Shown here piece after piece: positions 14,601 to 25,708 of a DNA stretch of 64,000 nt (positions are counted from its first letter, which is position 1; each line of letters opens with the position of its first letter). Origin of the DNA: Ramazzottius varieornatus (lineage: Eukaryota; Animalia; Tardigrada); NCBI GenBank assembly GCA_001949185.1, contig BDGG01000005.1:744001-808000 (forward strand), written 5' to 3'. Below the pieces are notes generated by a model, which worked only from the letters and a program-made list of their open reading frames with translations, searched no databases and was not told the origin of the DNA. A program made the position numbers and the translations under genes.

Positions 14601-17600
14601 AGAACCATTGCTGGCTCAGCTGGAGAATATGCACTGTAACACGTACCGACCGGAAGTGGCATAAACAGCTTGCCCAACACGGAAGCTGACGGCAGACGTT
14701 GACTCCATCCTCCCGCGTGGATCAGCAGGACCTTTTTCGTTTTCAGGTCCGTTTCCAGAAAGCGTCTGTGCAGTTCTTCGAGTACCAGAAAGGTAGATCC
14801 ACCAGCTCCTGTAAGCATATAAGCAGCCTCTCAAAAGAATCCCGCCCTCCCGTATTCATCATGACTATTTGGTACTGTATCTGCCTTGCTTAAGGTGTTC
14901 GGTACATACCGATCTTGCATCTGGGGAAGGGACCCTTGTCAACAACGACAACATAATAGGCACTGGGAACTTCGTGGTGCTTTTTTTTCAGGTCGATTTG
15001 AATCTGGAATGCGCGACCTTGCTCGGCATCGCAAGCTGTCAGTACTACGATGTCCCAGAAAGCATCCTTGGTCCCTTTCAAAGTAAGAGCCGTCGAATCT
15101 GCATACAAAAACAAAATGACACTTATGACTTTATGGTGAGATAACACTGGTGAGATAAACAGACGGAGAAAAGTTTTTTTGGGATATCGGCGAATGACTT
15201 TCACATGATCGCTTCCATAAGCGGCGCACATTTCAGCCAGTAATAATGGAAACGTGCGCCACTTGAGATGGCGATCATGCTCAATTCATTTGCCGACATC
15301 CAATCTATACGAACTTCCGGATGAATTACGCACTAGACGAAACACCAACTTTGTTTTCTTTTTATCCATCAACTAAAATACATTTCGACGTGAAAACCAC
15401 ATCTCGACCCTCGAGACGATGACCAAGAACTGAGTACACCAGCGTACAGTACGCTATGGCAAGAGAAGTTTGAGAGGAAGAGCCAAGACCCAAAAGACTA
15501 CTCAAGTTCACGATCCAGATCAGCGGCCATCTGCCCAAGAGTATCATCGTCATCACTAAACAGATGCTCATCAGGACTCGAACTCGTTGAGCTAATACTG
15601 AACTGGTCAGACTTCAAATGCGTGCTAAACTCATCTTCGTCACTACCATCCTCTCCGAATGCCTCATCCAGCTTCCTCTTCAATGACACAACTTGCACCT
15701 CTTCAGCTTCTTCGCACCCTTCATGAACATTATCCTTGTCTAGGTTCGAGTCCGACGCTTCGGGAAACTCTTCCTCATCATCGTCATTCCCACCCATGGC
15801 TTCATCGATCTCATCTTCCATGTCTTGCAAATCCTTGTCGGAAATCGCTTGGAGGTACGAAGGCTGTCCCTCTTCCGCGGTATCTTGCGAGGTTGAAGGC
15901 ACACTTTCACTGCTCGGGACATTTCTTTTGGGAAAAGTGGTGCTCGGTGGAATAAACTTTCCTCCTTCCTTCAAAGGATACAGCCTTTCATCGACCCGTT
16001 CCCATCTTCTGATACACTCGGTTAACCATTCAGGCGAAACCACGAAGATGTTCCCTGCTTTTCTCGCTTGTGTAACTTTCACCGTACCGTCTTTGCTTGC
16101 AATCAAGTGCGTGGTTCTGTTAGCTTCGATCTTTTCGCTCAACACCAAATCATCATCGACGTTCGCCCCGAAAGACTTCGCCAACGCAAACGCCTTCTCC
16201 TTCTCATCTGACTTCACATCGTGAGGAAAAAGCCCGGTGAAAACCAAGTTACAGTCCTTCAAGACCTTCTTGCGAACGTAGGGGACGATGTTTTTCAAGT
16301 CCGGAAAGTCAGGCGATGAGGGAAGAACCTTCTTTCCTTGGGTTTCGTTCTCGTCGTAGATTCTGTAAAAAGCACTGTGAATTGTTAACAGAGCTTGTTT
16401 GAGGTACAGAAGGTAATCGTCAGCTTCGTCTTCCCCTTCATCAGCGAAACGCGACTGGTACTGGTTCCTGACTGCCTCGGAAGACTTTGCTTCCTTGTTC
16501 TTTGTTGAATCGGCTGTGGTCTCTTCGCTTGATTGACCATTGATTTCTTTGGTTGATTGAGCTGCTTTCTCATCGTCGGCTGATCGGCCTGATTTCACTT
16601 CCGGCGAAATCCCGTTGGCTTTTTCCGTGCTTTCTTTCAGACTTTCCTTGACTGAATTCTTCCTTGGAGGAGCGTTGATGTCGCCGACGTTCTTGAAGTA
16701 GTGATAAGGTTTAACATGAAGGAGATTTGGAGCATAGTTCCACACGTCGTCACGATCGTCGATGATACAAACCATTTGGTCACCAACAGGGAAGATCGCC
16801 TTCATATTCGCACTCTTCAAGTCCGCTTCCAAATGTTCGTCTCTCGAGAGGATCCGATGCGAGAACAACGATCCATCCGGATCGATTATCTTGGCGATGT
16901 GATGAGCGTACAGCCGCGTACCCAGAGTGAAGATGTGCAGCTCGAAGCTCTTCTTCAGATCTTTGAGGAAGTCCAGCAAGCCAGGACGCAGCTTTGTATG
17001 ATACCACGGATATCTCTTTCCAGGACGAAACTGGAAATGGTGGATATCGGTGCGTTGATTACTGACATTTTCCATCGTCGTGTGGATGATAGTCTGATCC
17101 AGATCGACGATCAGGACTAATCTTCGCGATTTCAGTAGCTTGGTTAGATCATCTTGCCCAAGACGAGAAGCGTGCTCGTTGCTAACGATCAACTCGGGAA
17201 TATTGTGGACGACAGGGACCGCAGCTGTGATGGTCGAGTGTCGTGCTCCAGGAACACCGTTCAGTCGAAGATCAGCTCCGCAATGAGCGCACATGTCTTT
17301 CATGACGATGGAATGCGGGCAGCCTTTCTTCATCCGGAAGAGCGGAGTTCCGTCCTGAACTGTATCGCCTTCTCTAACGAGGATGTCAAGGACGCTGCCC
17401 ATGAACTTCGCACGTAGACGAACGTCTGGTCCATCAAAGAGAATGAGAACCTGGTCTTTGCGAACCACTTCGTTCTTTTGGACTTTCAATCTGATGACTC
17501 TTGCTTCTGGGCTTCCGGTGAAAGAAACTGTCTCCAAGTCGTCGTCCATTCCTTCCAACTTGAGACAGGATAAATATCGACGGACTTTACTGTCGGGATC

Positions 17601-17927
17601 AGTATCCTGAATGAACTAACAAACCAAGAGGTATATCATATCACTAGAAGAATTAGACTAGCATCCTAAGATTTGTAACACATCTGTGAAAGCAGCCTGG
17701 ACACCCCGTCACATAACAGGCTGTCACAGCCATCCCTGAGCCACTTCCATCAACTCATACAGTCCAAGTCATTAGTCGTTACTGCTATGTATGGTTATGA
17801 TGCCATCGAGAAGATCCTAGTTTCCAAGTTAGCAAATTCATCCACACTTACCTCTAAGCTTCTGGTAACGATCGAGAAGATCCCGCATGAAGTTGACAGT
17901 GCTGCTCATGTTCTCCGTGCTGCTCAT
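11667..17927 (-). CDS. Fusion of fucose-1-phosphate guanylyltransferase (FPGT) and glycerate kinase (GLYCTK/MOFRL)
   Basis: Exon 1 (17927-17852, MSSTENMSSTVNFMRDLLDRYQKLR, GTAAGT donor) splices in phase to 15098. FPGT motifs: FWDIVVLTA, KIGAGGST, LLIHAGGWSQRLPSASVLGKLF, DCYGDFM, FIHLGT. The frame continues without a stop into GAGKAA, ISGGASAL, KGG, SDIIGD, GGETTV, GGRNQE, GTDGQD and TGTNAMD. Confidence 0.88.
15181..15301. mobile_element. MITE family A copy (FPGT intron 1, downstream of FCP1)
   Basis: GGATATCGGCGAATGA...AAGCGGCGCAC...GTGCGCCACTTGAG...TCATTTGCCGACATCC. Confidence 0.75.
15498..17549 (-). CDS. CTDP1: RNA polymerase II CTD phosphatase FCP1 (intronless CDS, nested in FPGT intron 1)
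   Basis: CPHSIVMKDMCAHCG, catalytic motif LIVDLDQTIIH, KLRPG, IIDDRDDVW, BRCT domain (WLTEC..RWERVDE) and an acidic tail. ATG at 17549. Confidence 0.96.
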   Translation of the reverse strand: MDDDLETVSFTGSPEARVIRLKVQKNEVVRKDQVLILFDGPDVRLRAKFMGSVLDILVREGDTVQDGTPLFRMKKGCPHSIVMKDMCAHCGADLRLNGVPGARHSTITAAVPVVHNIPELIVSNEHASRLGQDDLTKLLKSRRLVLIVDLDQTIIHTTMENVSNQRTDIHHFQFRPGKRYPWYHTKLRPGLLDFLKDLKKSFELHIFTLGTRLYAHHIAKIIDPDGSLFSHRILSRDEHLEADLKSANMKAIFPVGDQMVCIIDDRDDVWNYAPNLLHVKPYHYFKNVGDINAPPRKNSVKESLKESTEKANGISPEVKSGRSADDEKAAQSTKEINGQSSEETTADSTKNKEAKSSEAVRNQYQSRFADEGEDEADDYLLYLKQALLTIHSAFYRIYDENETQGKKVLPSSPDFPDLKNIVPYVRKKVLKDCNLVFTGLFPHDVKSDEKEKAFALAKSFGANVDDDLVLSEKIEANRTTHLIASKDGTVKVTQARKAGNIFVVSPEWLTECIRRWERVDERLYPLKEGGKFIPPSTTFPKRNVPSSESVPSTSQDTAEEGQPSYLQAISDKDLQDMEDEIDEAMGGNDDDEEEFPEASDSNLDKDNVHEGCEEAEEVQVVSLKRKLDEAFGEDGSDEDEFSTHLKSDQFSISSTSSSPDEHLFSDDDDTLGQMAADLDRELE

Positions 17928-19499
17928 CCAGCGATCCCTCCACAGCCACGAAACGCTTACATGTGTATTGACCTGTCAAGAAGATGCTCTTAGGGCGAAA
18001 CTGCTCAGTGCGTGCAGTCAGTGGTTTCCCTAGCAGTCCAATAAGGGTCCGACAACTTTAAGCCCCCAGATTCAGGGCGCTACGACATGAACCCCTACTT
18101 TTCGACTGACCGAGCCATTTCCGTCAACCGGACAACATCCTGAAGTTTGAAAAACCGTTCGTATCACGCATTAAAGCAATAACCCGAGTTACCCCGGGTT
18201 TTCTGAAACGGCGAGTCCATTTGAGCAAATCGTCTGACTGAAATTCGCAAGGAAATGATGCTTGTCCCCACCCCTTTTCGGTCAGACTGTCCTGACGGAC
18301 CGACAGAAAAGAAACATTTGTAGGATCCGAGCCAGTTGGCCAAACCCCCGACGACTGCAGATTAATCTACAGTACTACGAAGTGAAAGTCCATTGACCGC
18401 TTCAGCAGTCTGCAGCGTCGAAAAGCTCCTTTATTGGGAATGTTGACTAAATAGATTTCGACAAATTGCTTAGCTAATCAGCCGTTTTGTCGTTAAGACA
18501 CCGAACAGCGGATCAAGCACGCTCACAACGCGTGATAGCACACCTTTCAGCCCAATCTGGCAAAACAGCTGATCCCCGCCTAAATGAGTCAGTTGCCGAT
18601 TGTTACGTCAAACTCCCAATCGAAGATCTTTACGTGGTAGTTAAGATCCGTGAACTCCGGGTTCTGCAGACTAATCCGCAAATATCGCGGGATTTAGCTA
18701 CCTTGCTAAGATCCTATAAGGTCTTCCAGTATGAAATTGCTGTTCTCCGAAAGCTTGCTTCAAAACACTTATTGTTACGTGGAACGAATGAAGGAGGAAG
18801 TGCTGCTGTATCAGTGGGAGAAGAATCTCCTCGATGGTGTGAGCGCAAGTCGTTATATAGAGAAAGTGGAAGCAGTACATCTAAAAAGTAGAAATACGTG
18901 TAAAAAGCGAAGGAGAGGCGGAGAGTTTAGATGATTCATGGCTTAAGCAATAAAAACGGCAGAGCGAAACGCTGAAAACGTACACCCGAAGCTGCATATT
19001 AATAATGCAGTAAAATGTCATCGTATTATACTTTGGTCAGATATTTTGATCCCCTCTTCTTTACTGACCAAAGCTTATGTTGTCGCCTCCCGTCTCAGCA
19101 TAAGGCAGCTCTACTCCAGCTTCAAGATAAATTTCTGGAGCTGCTTGTGTCTGTGACGTAATTCTGAAAATTTTATTGTCCTTGTTAGAAATTCTTTTGT
19201 CGCCACCAGAGCTTCTAAGATTATACGTTTGACGTGAAAACTTAGGGGCTATCGATGGCCCGTTTCAGTTTTGGCAAAGCATGACCTCTTCGGAAAACTG
19301 CTAGGTGGAAAAACAGGGCTCAAAAGTATTAGCTTTGTCGCCCGAAAAATCTTATTCTCCTCGCGGCCTGGGCGGACCAGATTTTCTTAAACTTCACACA
19401 GCGGTTGAAGACACCCTGAAACACTGACTCAGAGCCTCGTTCATCAAATCCATCAACAATACGGCCAAAGAAATCGGAAAAAACCATCTCCCCACTAAA

Positions 19500-22400
19500 C
19501 TGGTGCACGTGGTTTGTCGGCAATTCACCACCTGCTTTTCAAAAACTTCTCTTCAAAAACCTCGAAGGAATATTTTTCTGGTATCTTTAACGGTAATGAC
19601 ACAATAAAGATCTTAGTACAAAATGACACTGTTGCCGGTGTGATGGTGCAGCTGACTATGCGGCAAAAAATTCGTATAGTGGTCGTGGTTGGACATGCGT
19701 TGTTATTATTCTAAAATTCTTCCTTAATAAGTCGTGTTACGACTTTTAAAAGAGATTCTGAAGTCCGACCCTAAAAAAACAGGAAGTTCAAGCTGAAAGA
19801 CCTCATAGAAAGACTGTTCGGGGTGCCCGGACAGTGAGACCGAAGTGAGGTGGAACGGGACTAGTCCCCTTGTCAGCAGAAGCGTCTTCCTGCAGTAGAA
19901 ACGGATGGGTACATGAAATCATAAATCAGCAGCCAGTGGTAGATTTCCAACCTAAAAAACTGCTCTGTCTCTTATTTTTGGGGGCGAAATTTTTCGAGAG
20001 CCATTCATCCGGAAAATGAGGAGCATAGGGTTCTCGGTTGACTAAACAAATCATCAGCCGACAAGCGTTTCTCGCGTTCTTAGCAATTGTTTTACATGTT
20101 ATTCACCTGGACAGATCTAGCCTTTTCTGCGAGTGGTGAACACATTGAAGGTGTGGCTGACCTGTTGTCCACTAACCAACTTGGGGGTTGCTGGTGGACC
20201 CCAATTTTACTAAAAATTGTCGGGTCTTTTGGCCGGCTAGGAATATACTACTGCCACCGCCGCACCGCGTGTACCCGTCCGGTTCATTAAAATATTGGAA
20301 AAACTTTTGGGTAAATGTAAGCGAGCGTAAAGTTCAAGCGAGAGCTCCAGTCTACCGTTCGTGAAACAGCTTGCGAGAAGTACGATCCGGAGTTCTTGAT
20401 GTTTCTGTGTAAAATAAGTGCCAGAGTTCTAGAGAATACAAGACGACGGTAATGTAGATAAGAAGCTAGAAGATAGAATTCAGTAGACATAGTATCATTG
20501 ACCGCATTGTGCATTGGTGAAAGACGGAGGTGTGAGTTAGAGCATCGTTTCTCGAATTCAATCGTAAGCTCAGGTGGAAGAACAAACAAATCCATTTAAC
20601 GAGGTTTCAGTATGAGCTTTCCTTTTCCGTCGCACGACATGTTAAAGTCCTTCAGCGTCGTCTTCACTCTGGTAGATATTCTGGAAAAGAAGAACGGTCT
20701 TTAATATTGATGCGAGTCTGAAAGTCGTGCTCGTAAACCTATCGCTTTTAAGATCCGTTTCTGGCTACAACTTACATAGTGGACGCTACGACTCTATGAT
20801 GAATGCCGGTCAGAAACAAGATTACAAGGCACAGCGTGCACAGGACAAAAGCAGGATGGTTCAGAAGCGACTGCCAGAACGAGACTTGCTGAGTCAAGGG
20901 ATCCAGGAGCCATCGGAAGGTCGATATCACAGTTAACATGGATGTCATCGTCAGCACAACTGCGAAAGTTATTGTTAATGGTCTGGACAACAAGACTGCC
21001 AGTCAGCTAATGCAAGAAGACGTACTTTGCCACACTCTGGCTGTCTTCCTCGGGTACGCTACAATCTCCTGTATTCGATTCTCGAAAGCCTTGAGATCTA
21101 CAATAAGCCGGGACTGTTAGTTCTCATGATGGCAAGTGGCAATGCAGATAAAAAGACAACGGGCATAAGCTTACCATCCAAAACGTTCTGCTCAACATTG
21201 GAGTCTCCCTTCTCCCTCGCACGTATGGTTGCGTTGTTTGGGAAGCCTAACGGCTTTCGAGACATTTTCGTCCTTCAAGTTCAGCAGACACTGAACTTAG
21301 TGCTGATCTGACCAGGAGGAGTCCTGAAGGACTAGGAGTAGGACAACCAGTCAACCACAAACCCGGAGAAGCTAGCTGCTAGAAGGGTAAGCCAGTGTGT
21401 AGCAGCGGGGTTCCAGACGCGGGGTTCCAGCTCCTATCGTCCATCAGCGATCAATGCGCAAGAAGACGCGAAGGCTTGATCCCAGTTACTCCCAAATGTC
21501 GAGTGCAGAAATGGCGAGGATTGCAACTTCCGGTCCAAAACTAAGAAGCGCAATCAAATCAATCAATGACAGCTCAGTACAGTACGAAGTTTGCGATAGT
21601 GTACATGCATTCTCGCCTTCCAATTGGGTGTTGGACTCCAGTGGGTGGATTCAAGCCCATTCCGGGTTTCAAGATCGTCGATTTTTCTTTTCCGCCGTCC
21701 ACGTCAAATTAATTTTATTCCGCGCTGCTCTGGCAAAGTTTCTTCCCCAGTTCTTTCATTTCATGTTCTTTTCTGGTACGTGCTCCATGGACTGATGGTG
21801 GTGGGCAGAAGGATTTTGCAAGTAATAAAGACGGATTATACGAGATCGTCGGACCACATAACGGGTTATAAGTCTGATTGTTGATTGCAGTCTGCTCTGC
21901 TGTAAGGTACTCGTAACAATAAAAGTCATCCTCTTGGATCAGACGTCATTCAGGATTTCGAACTTCGCGTGCGGGTACATGCGTGCGGGTTGCTGGAACT
22001 TCTTTTCGTTTGTAGGACTGTTTGCGGGAACTTTCCGTTGAAGAGGCTCGTAGCCAAGCGCCGGATGATCTCGGGTCACTCACCATGACTTCATGTTATT
22101 GTTTACGGTACGTACGTTTGAACTTTACAGTGGTGTGGCAATAAAAAAGCATCGCGCTCTGCCGTCCTGATCGTTCTATAAGAGTGCTGGAAGTTTCTGA
22201 GGAATCTGCGCGTGCACTCATATCCGGCAGAGTGATGTGCTGCTACCACGAAGCTAATTTAGGGGCGTGTCTCGAGTCAGTTTGATTATGCAGATTAGCG
22301 GCTTTTTCCTTAGTTTGAACAGAAGTTCCGGTGCGCCGAAATCCTTGCATTCCTATGCAGTCAGGTTCGCGCAGATCGTGGAGGAGACCTTGAAGATGAT

Positions 22401-23450
22401 GCATCAGCGTTGGCCGTTGTTATGTTAGAAACCAGTGTGTGTTTCAATGTATCGGAAAGAGAGTTCGTCGGTCGAGGTCGCCTGGTGGTGATAGAATAAT
22501 TTGTCAACATTGAGGTAACGCGGAGACGATCGTGCTTTCATAGAGGAGCAGCTGCAGCTTGTATAACCGCAGACGATAGGAAAGCAGATAAGTCGAGGTT
22601 GCAGCACCAGTTTCTCTTACGAACCTGCTGACTTGGCCAACTTTCCGTCTCGGAGAGCCACACTCGGGCTATTCTTCGGAATGTTCTCTTTAAGCCAAGA
22701 CCAGATATCACTTTCTTCGCTTTGTAAGCTTTGCATGGGAGAAGGACGGCTGAAACGTGAATAGACTTTGCGAAAGTCATGGCGAGAAAAATCATGGAGA
22801 CTTTGTAGGTCGACAGAACGTGCGCCGCACATCAACATAGACGAGCTTAAGGTACGAGTACTTCGTTCCGAAATGCGCCTTTGACTGCTTTGAAGTCTTC
22901 TGTTCGCTCGTAGAATACTTGGTCGGTCGATTTTGTACCGCTAACAATGACTTTCGCATTTCACACATCGAAAGTGTGCATTGTTTTCTTGATGATCTCC
23001 GCTGTTAACGTGTGGAACTCTTCAAGCGGGTGTATTTTCTCGAAGGTTGTGCGCAGTCATATGACATGACATAAAATAATCCCCAGGCCTTGCTGACTGA
23101 ACCGCGATTAAGCGAGGCCTAATTTACAGGCTTGTCGTGTGAGTGCGCAGAACTTTTGAGGGAATACAGTGGTTTGTAGTCCGACGATGGACTTTCTTCG
23201 AAGCGAACGGAATGTGCTAGTGTTATCTTGTCGAGAGGTTTGTTAGGAGAGACGGAAGTGGCTTCTCCCAGTGATTACAGAATAATAGAGGAAGCTGCCT
23301 TGTTATCACAGGAGGCCTACTTCCGGCTGTTTGCACTGATGAGATAGGCAATCTCTGTTGGCTTGTGTAAACGCCAGCCGTTTGTTTTTCTGGATCGTTT
23401 CGTCTCATCTGTCCGCATGTTGTCTTGCAAGTGTTGATCGTGCTCTACTT
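19500..23450 (-). mobile_element. Possible highly degraded hAT transposase relic in a gene-poor stretch
   Basis: Collinear minus-strand fragments: CAAHVL (~22830, CxxH-like), YLLASYLHYR (~20460, AxxLDPR-like) and ITPATVSFC (~19630, hATC IPATS-like). Many stops, and no TIR was found. Confidence 0.3.
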
Positions 23451-24597
23451 ATTTGGCTACTTTCAGTTTCTTCCCGGATTTTGATACTTAAATCTCCGGA
23501 ATCTCCGCAAAGAGCCAGTTTAGTCCACGTACTCGTTACCGGCGCGGCTCTCCAAAAGATCATTCGTAAGTACCTTACACGTTTGGGCTTTGTGAGCTCA
23601 CCTAACCACCGCGAAGGTCTTTCTGACTTTCTCATCTTGAAATTCGAACGCTTACGCCACCGTCAACTAGACCGGAAGTCTTATGGGTGTGCGCCAGTTC
23701 GAAGTCCAGAAAGGTACTACGTGGTCGCAGAAAAGTTCCTGAACAGCAATCGATGACAGCGTTGATGCTAATTGACACCTAAAGGGTGTATATAAAGCTT
23801 TATGTGTACATTGCTTAAGGTTCGTGGATATCTGGGTCGCGGTGCGGTTGTGTTTGTGCTCGAGGGCTCTTCAGGTATGGCTTAAGGTTCATTGATAGTC
23901 GTTCGCGAGACTGTATGAGTAAGAAAGGGTCTTCGATCCGCGAGTTGGTAGTTTCCGAGTCTCTTCTTCTTCCATCAATAGCGATGATGATCGATGGCAC
24001 TTTTTGTTGGACTTTGTGTGACAACGAGATGGGAGATGTCTGGAGGAGTTTGTTTGGAGATGCTTTGAAGGGAGACAGGACTAGCTCTCCCTGATGTTTA
24101 CCTTTAATTTGCGAGACTGATGTCTGTTCAACTGCTCGATCGCGAGCTTGTGCCTTATGGATTCGATTTCTCAGAATAAAGACAAGTGACAGTTGGGGAT
24201 TATTGATATAATAGTGAATGTGGTCGGAAAATCCGCTCTATTGTGTGGTAACGTCTGTTACAGCAGAGATATCTGGTTCAGTGCCGCAAGTTGGTGTCAG
24301 CTTGATCTTGTATTCAGGAAGCTTAACGATCATGCCGTAGTTTCAATGTTCTACGCGCGGTTCCCCAGGCGTCCATCTAGGAAAGTGAGTCGAGTTCGGA
24401 GCCGACCAACGATCATTGGATTTACATACTTAATTTCCGAGATGCCAAGAGCACTGAAAACTCTTGCCGCACGGGTTAACGACAAACCATTGGAAAATGT
24501 TTAACTGTTGTTTTGGTTGGAATTTTTCAGTGAATTCTGCCTGCTTTGAATATCGTCGTGATGATTGATATTTGATGGAAACAAATGGACGTGAACT

Positions 24598-24718
24598 GAG
24601 ACGTCGGCAAATGAGCTAAGCCACGTGGTTTCCCATGTGGCGCACATTCTTGGTCAACTACAATGGAAAGGTGCGCCAGTTCGGGCCACTAGCTAATTCG
24701 ACTCATCAACCCACGTCT
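24598..24718. mobile_element. MITE family A copy
   Basis: GAGACGTCGGCAAATGA...CCCATGTGGCGCAC...GTGCGCCAGTTCGGG...CCCACGTC. Confidence 0.7.
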
Positions 24719-25708
24719 TAAGACTTAAGTTAATTGATTTTTCGTTAATTGAAATCGATCTTTTCTTGCGCGAATGTTTTTCGGCTTTCGTGGGCGTTGC
24801 CAGGTGGTAGCACCCATAATTAGGTTAGAAATTGGAATTTGAAAGCGTGACGGAATATGTCGGCTTTTTAATATGGATGAAAGACTGACTGCAAATTAAT
24901 TAGCTATTTATTTTTGGAGAATTGCCTTTCGACTTTTCCGTACATCGATGTAGTGGTATTTCGTGCTGGTTATTTTTGGATGAGTTTTGAATGTTGGAAT
25001 CCTTGAAAGAATAAGTGTATACTAGGGTAAGTCTGACTGGAGGAAGCCGCCCATGTGTTATCCGCTAACTGTGCATATGCATGGATGAATTGATGTGATT
25101 AAATAATAAATGGGATAGTAATGGCGTGGCAGATGAGCTCGAAATTTGATTTGTATATCTTTTATGATATGCTATCGGATGGGACGATAGCGTGTTATCA
25201 CCACAGCAGAATGTATCGAATTTGATGATGGTGAATATATATTCGTCCTATTCCCAACTGGCAACTGCGCTAATGTCTCATTTGAAACTCGTACTTGTGT
25301 TAACGACGAAGTTGTACCAACCGATAACGATACGTCGTAGACGCACTTGGAGGCTCTGAAGTGGTCTCTAGGTTTTTCCGTCAGTTTGAAATAGTTTGGA
25401 GTGGATATGCGTGCTTTTTTGCTGAAGTTATCACACGGCGGATATTTTTCTCGACTGGCACCTTTTCTCAGTGCATTCTAGTTCAACATTGTGTCCTTCT
25501 CTTGTTGTAGATGCTGATGGTGCTTGGACGAGGATGGCACGTGGAAGTATGACGGTGGCGGCCTAGTGATTAAGCCCGACGAAAGAGCGCTGGAAGGCTT
25601 CTGTGTATTTTTATGTATCAGACTCTGTGATGCTGCATGGCTGAGGTCTTTCCTGGTTGATTGGCTGGCCACGTTGTGGTGAAGACCCGTCTTCTTGCCG
25701 AAAGACAA

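Noticed and set aside
14890-15231. ORF-track ATG at 15231 as the FPGT start
   Set aside because: The ATG lies inside a MITE copy and the encoded N-terminus has no FPGT similarity. A better exon 1 exists at 17927-17852.
18487-18934. Plus-strand LRKLASKHLLL fragment resembling a hAT dimerisation domain
   Set aside because: The key PATS/ERxFS residues are absent, so the similarity is too weak to call.
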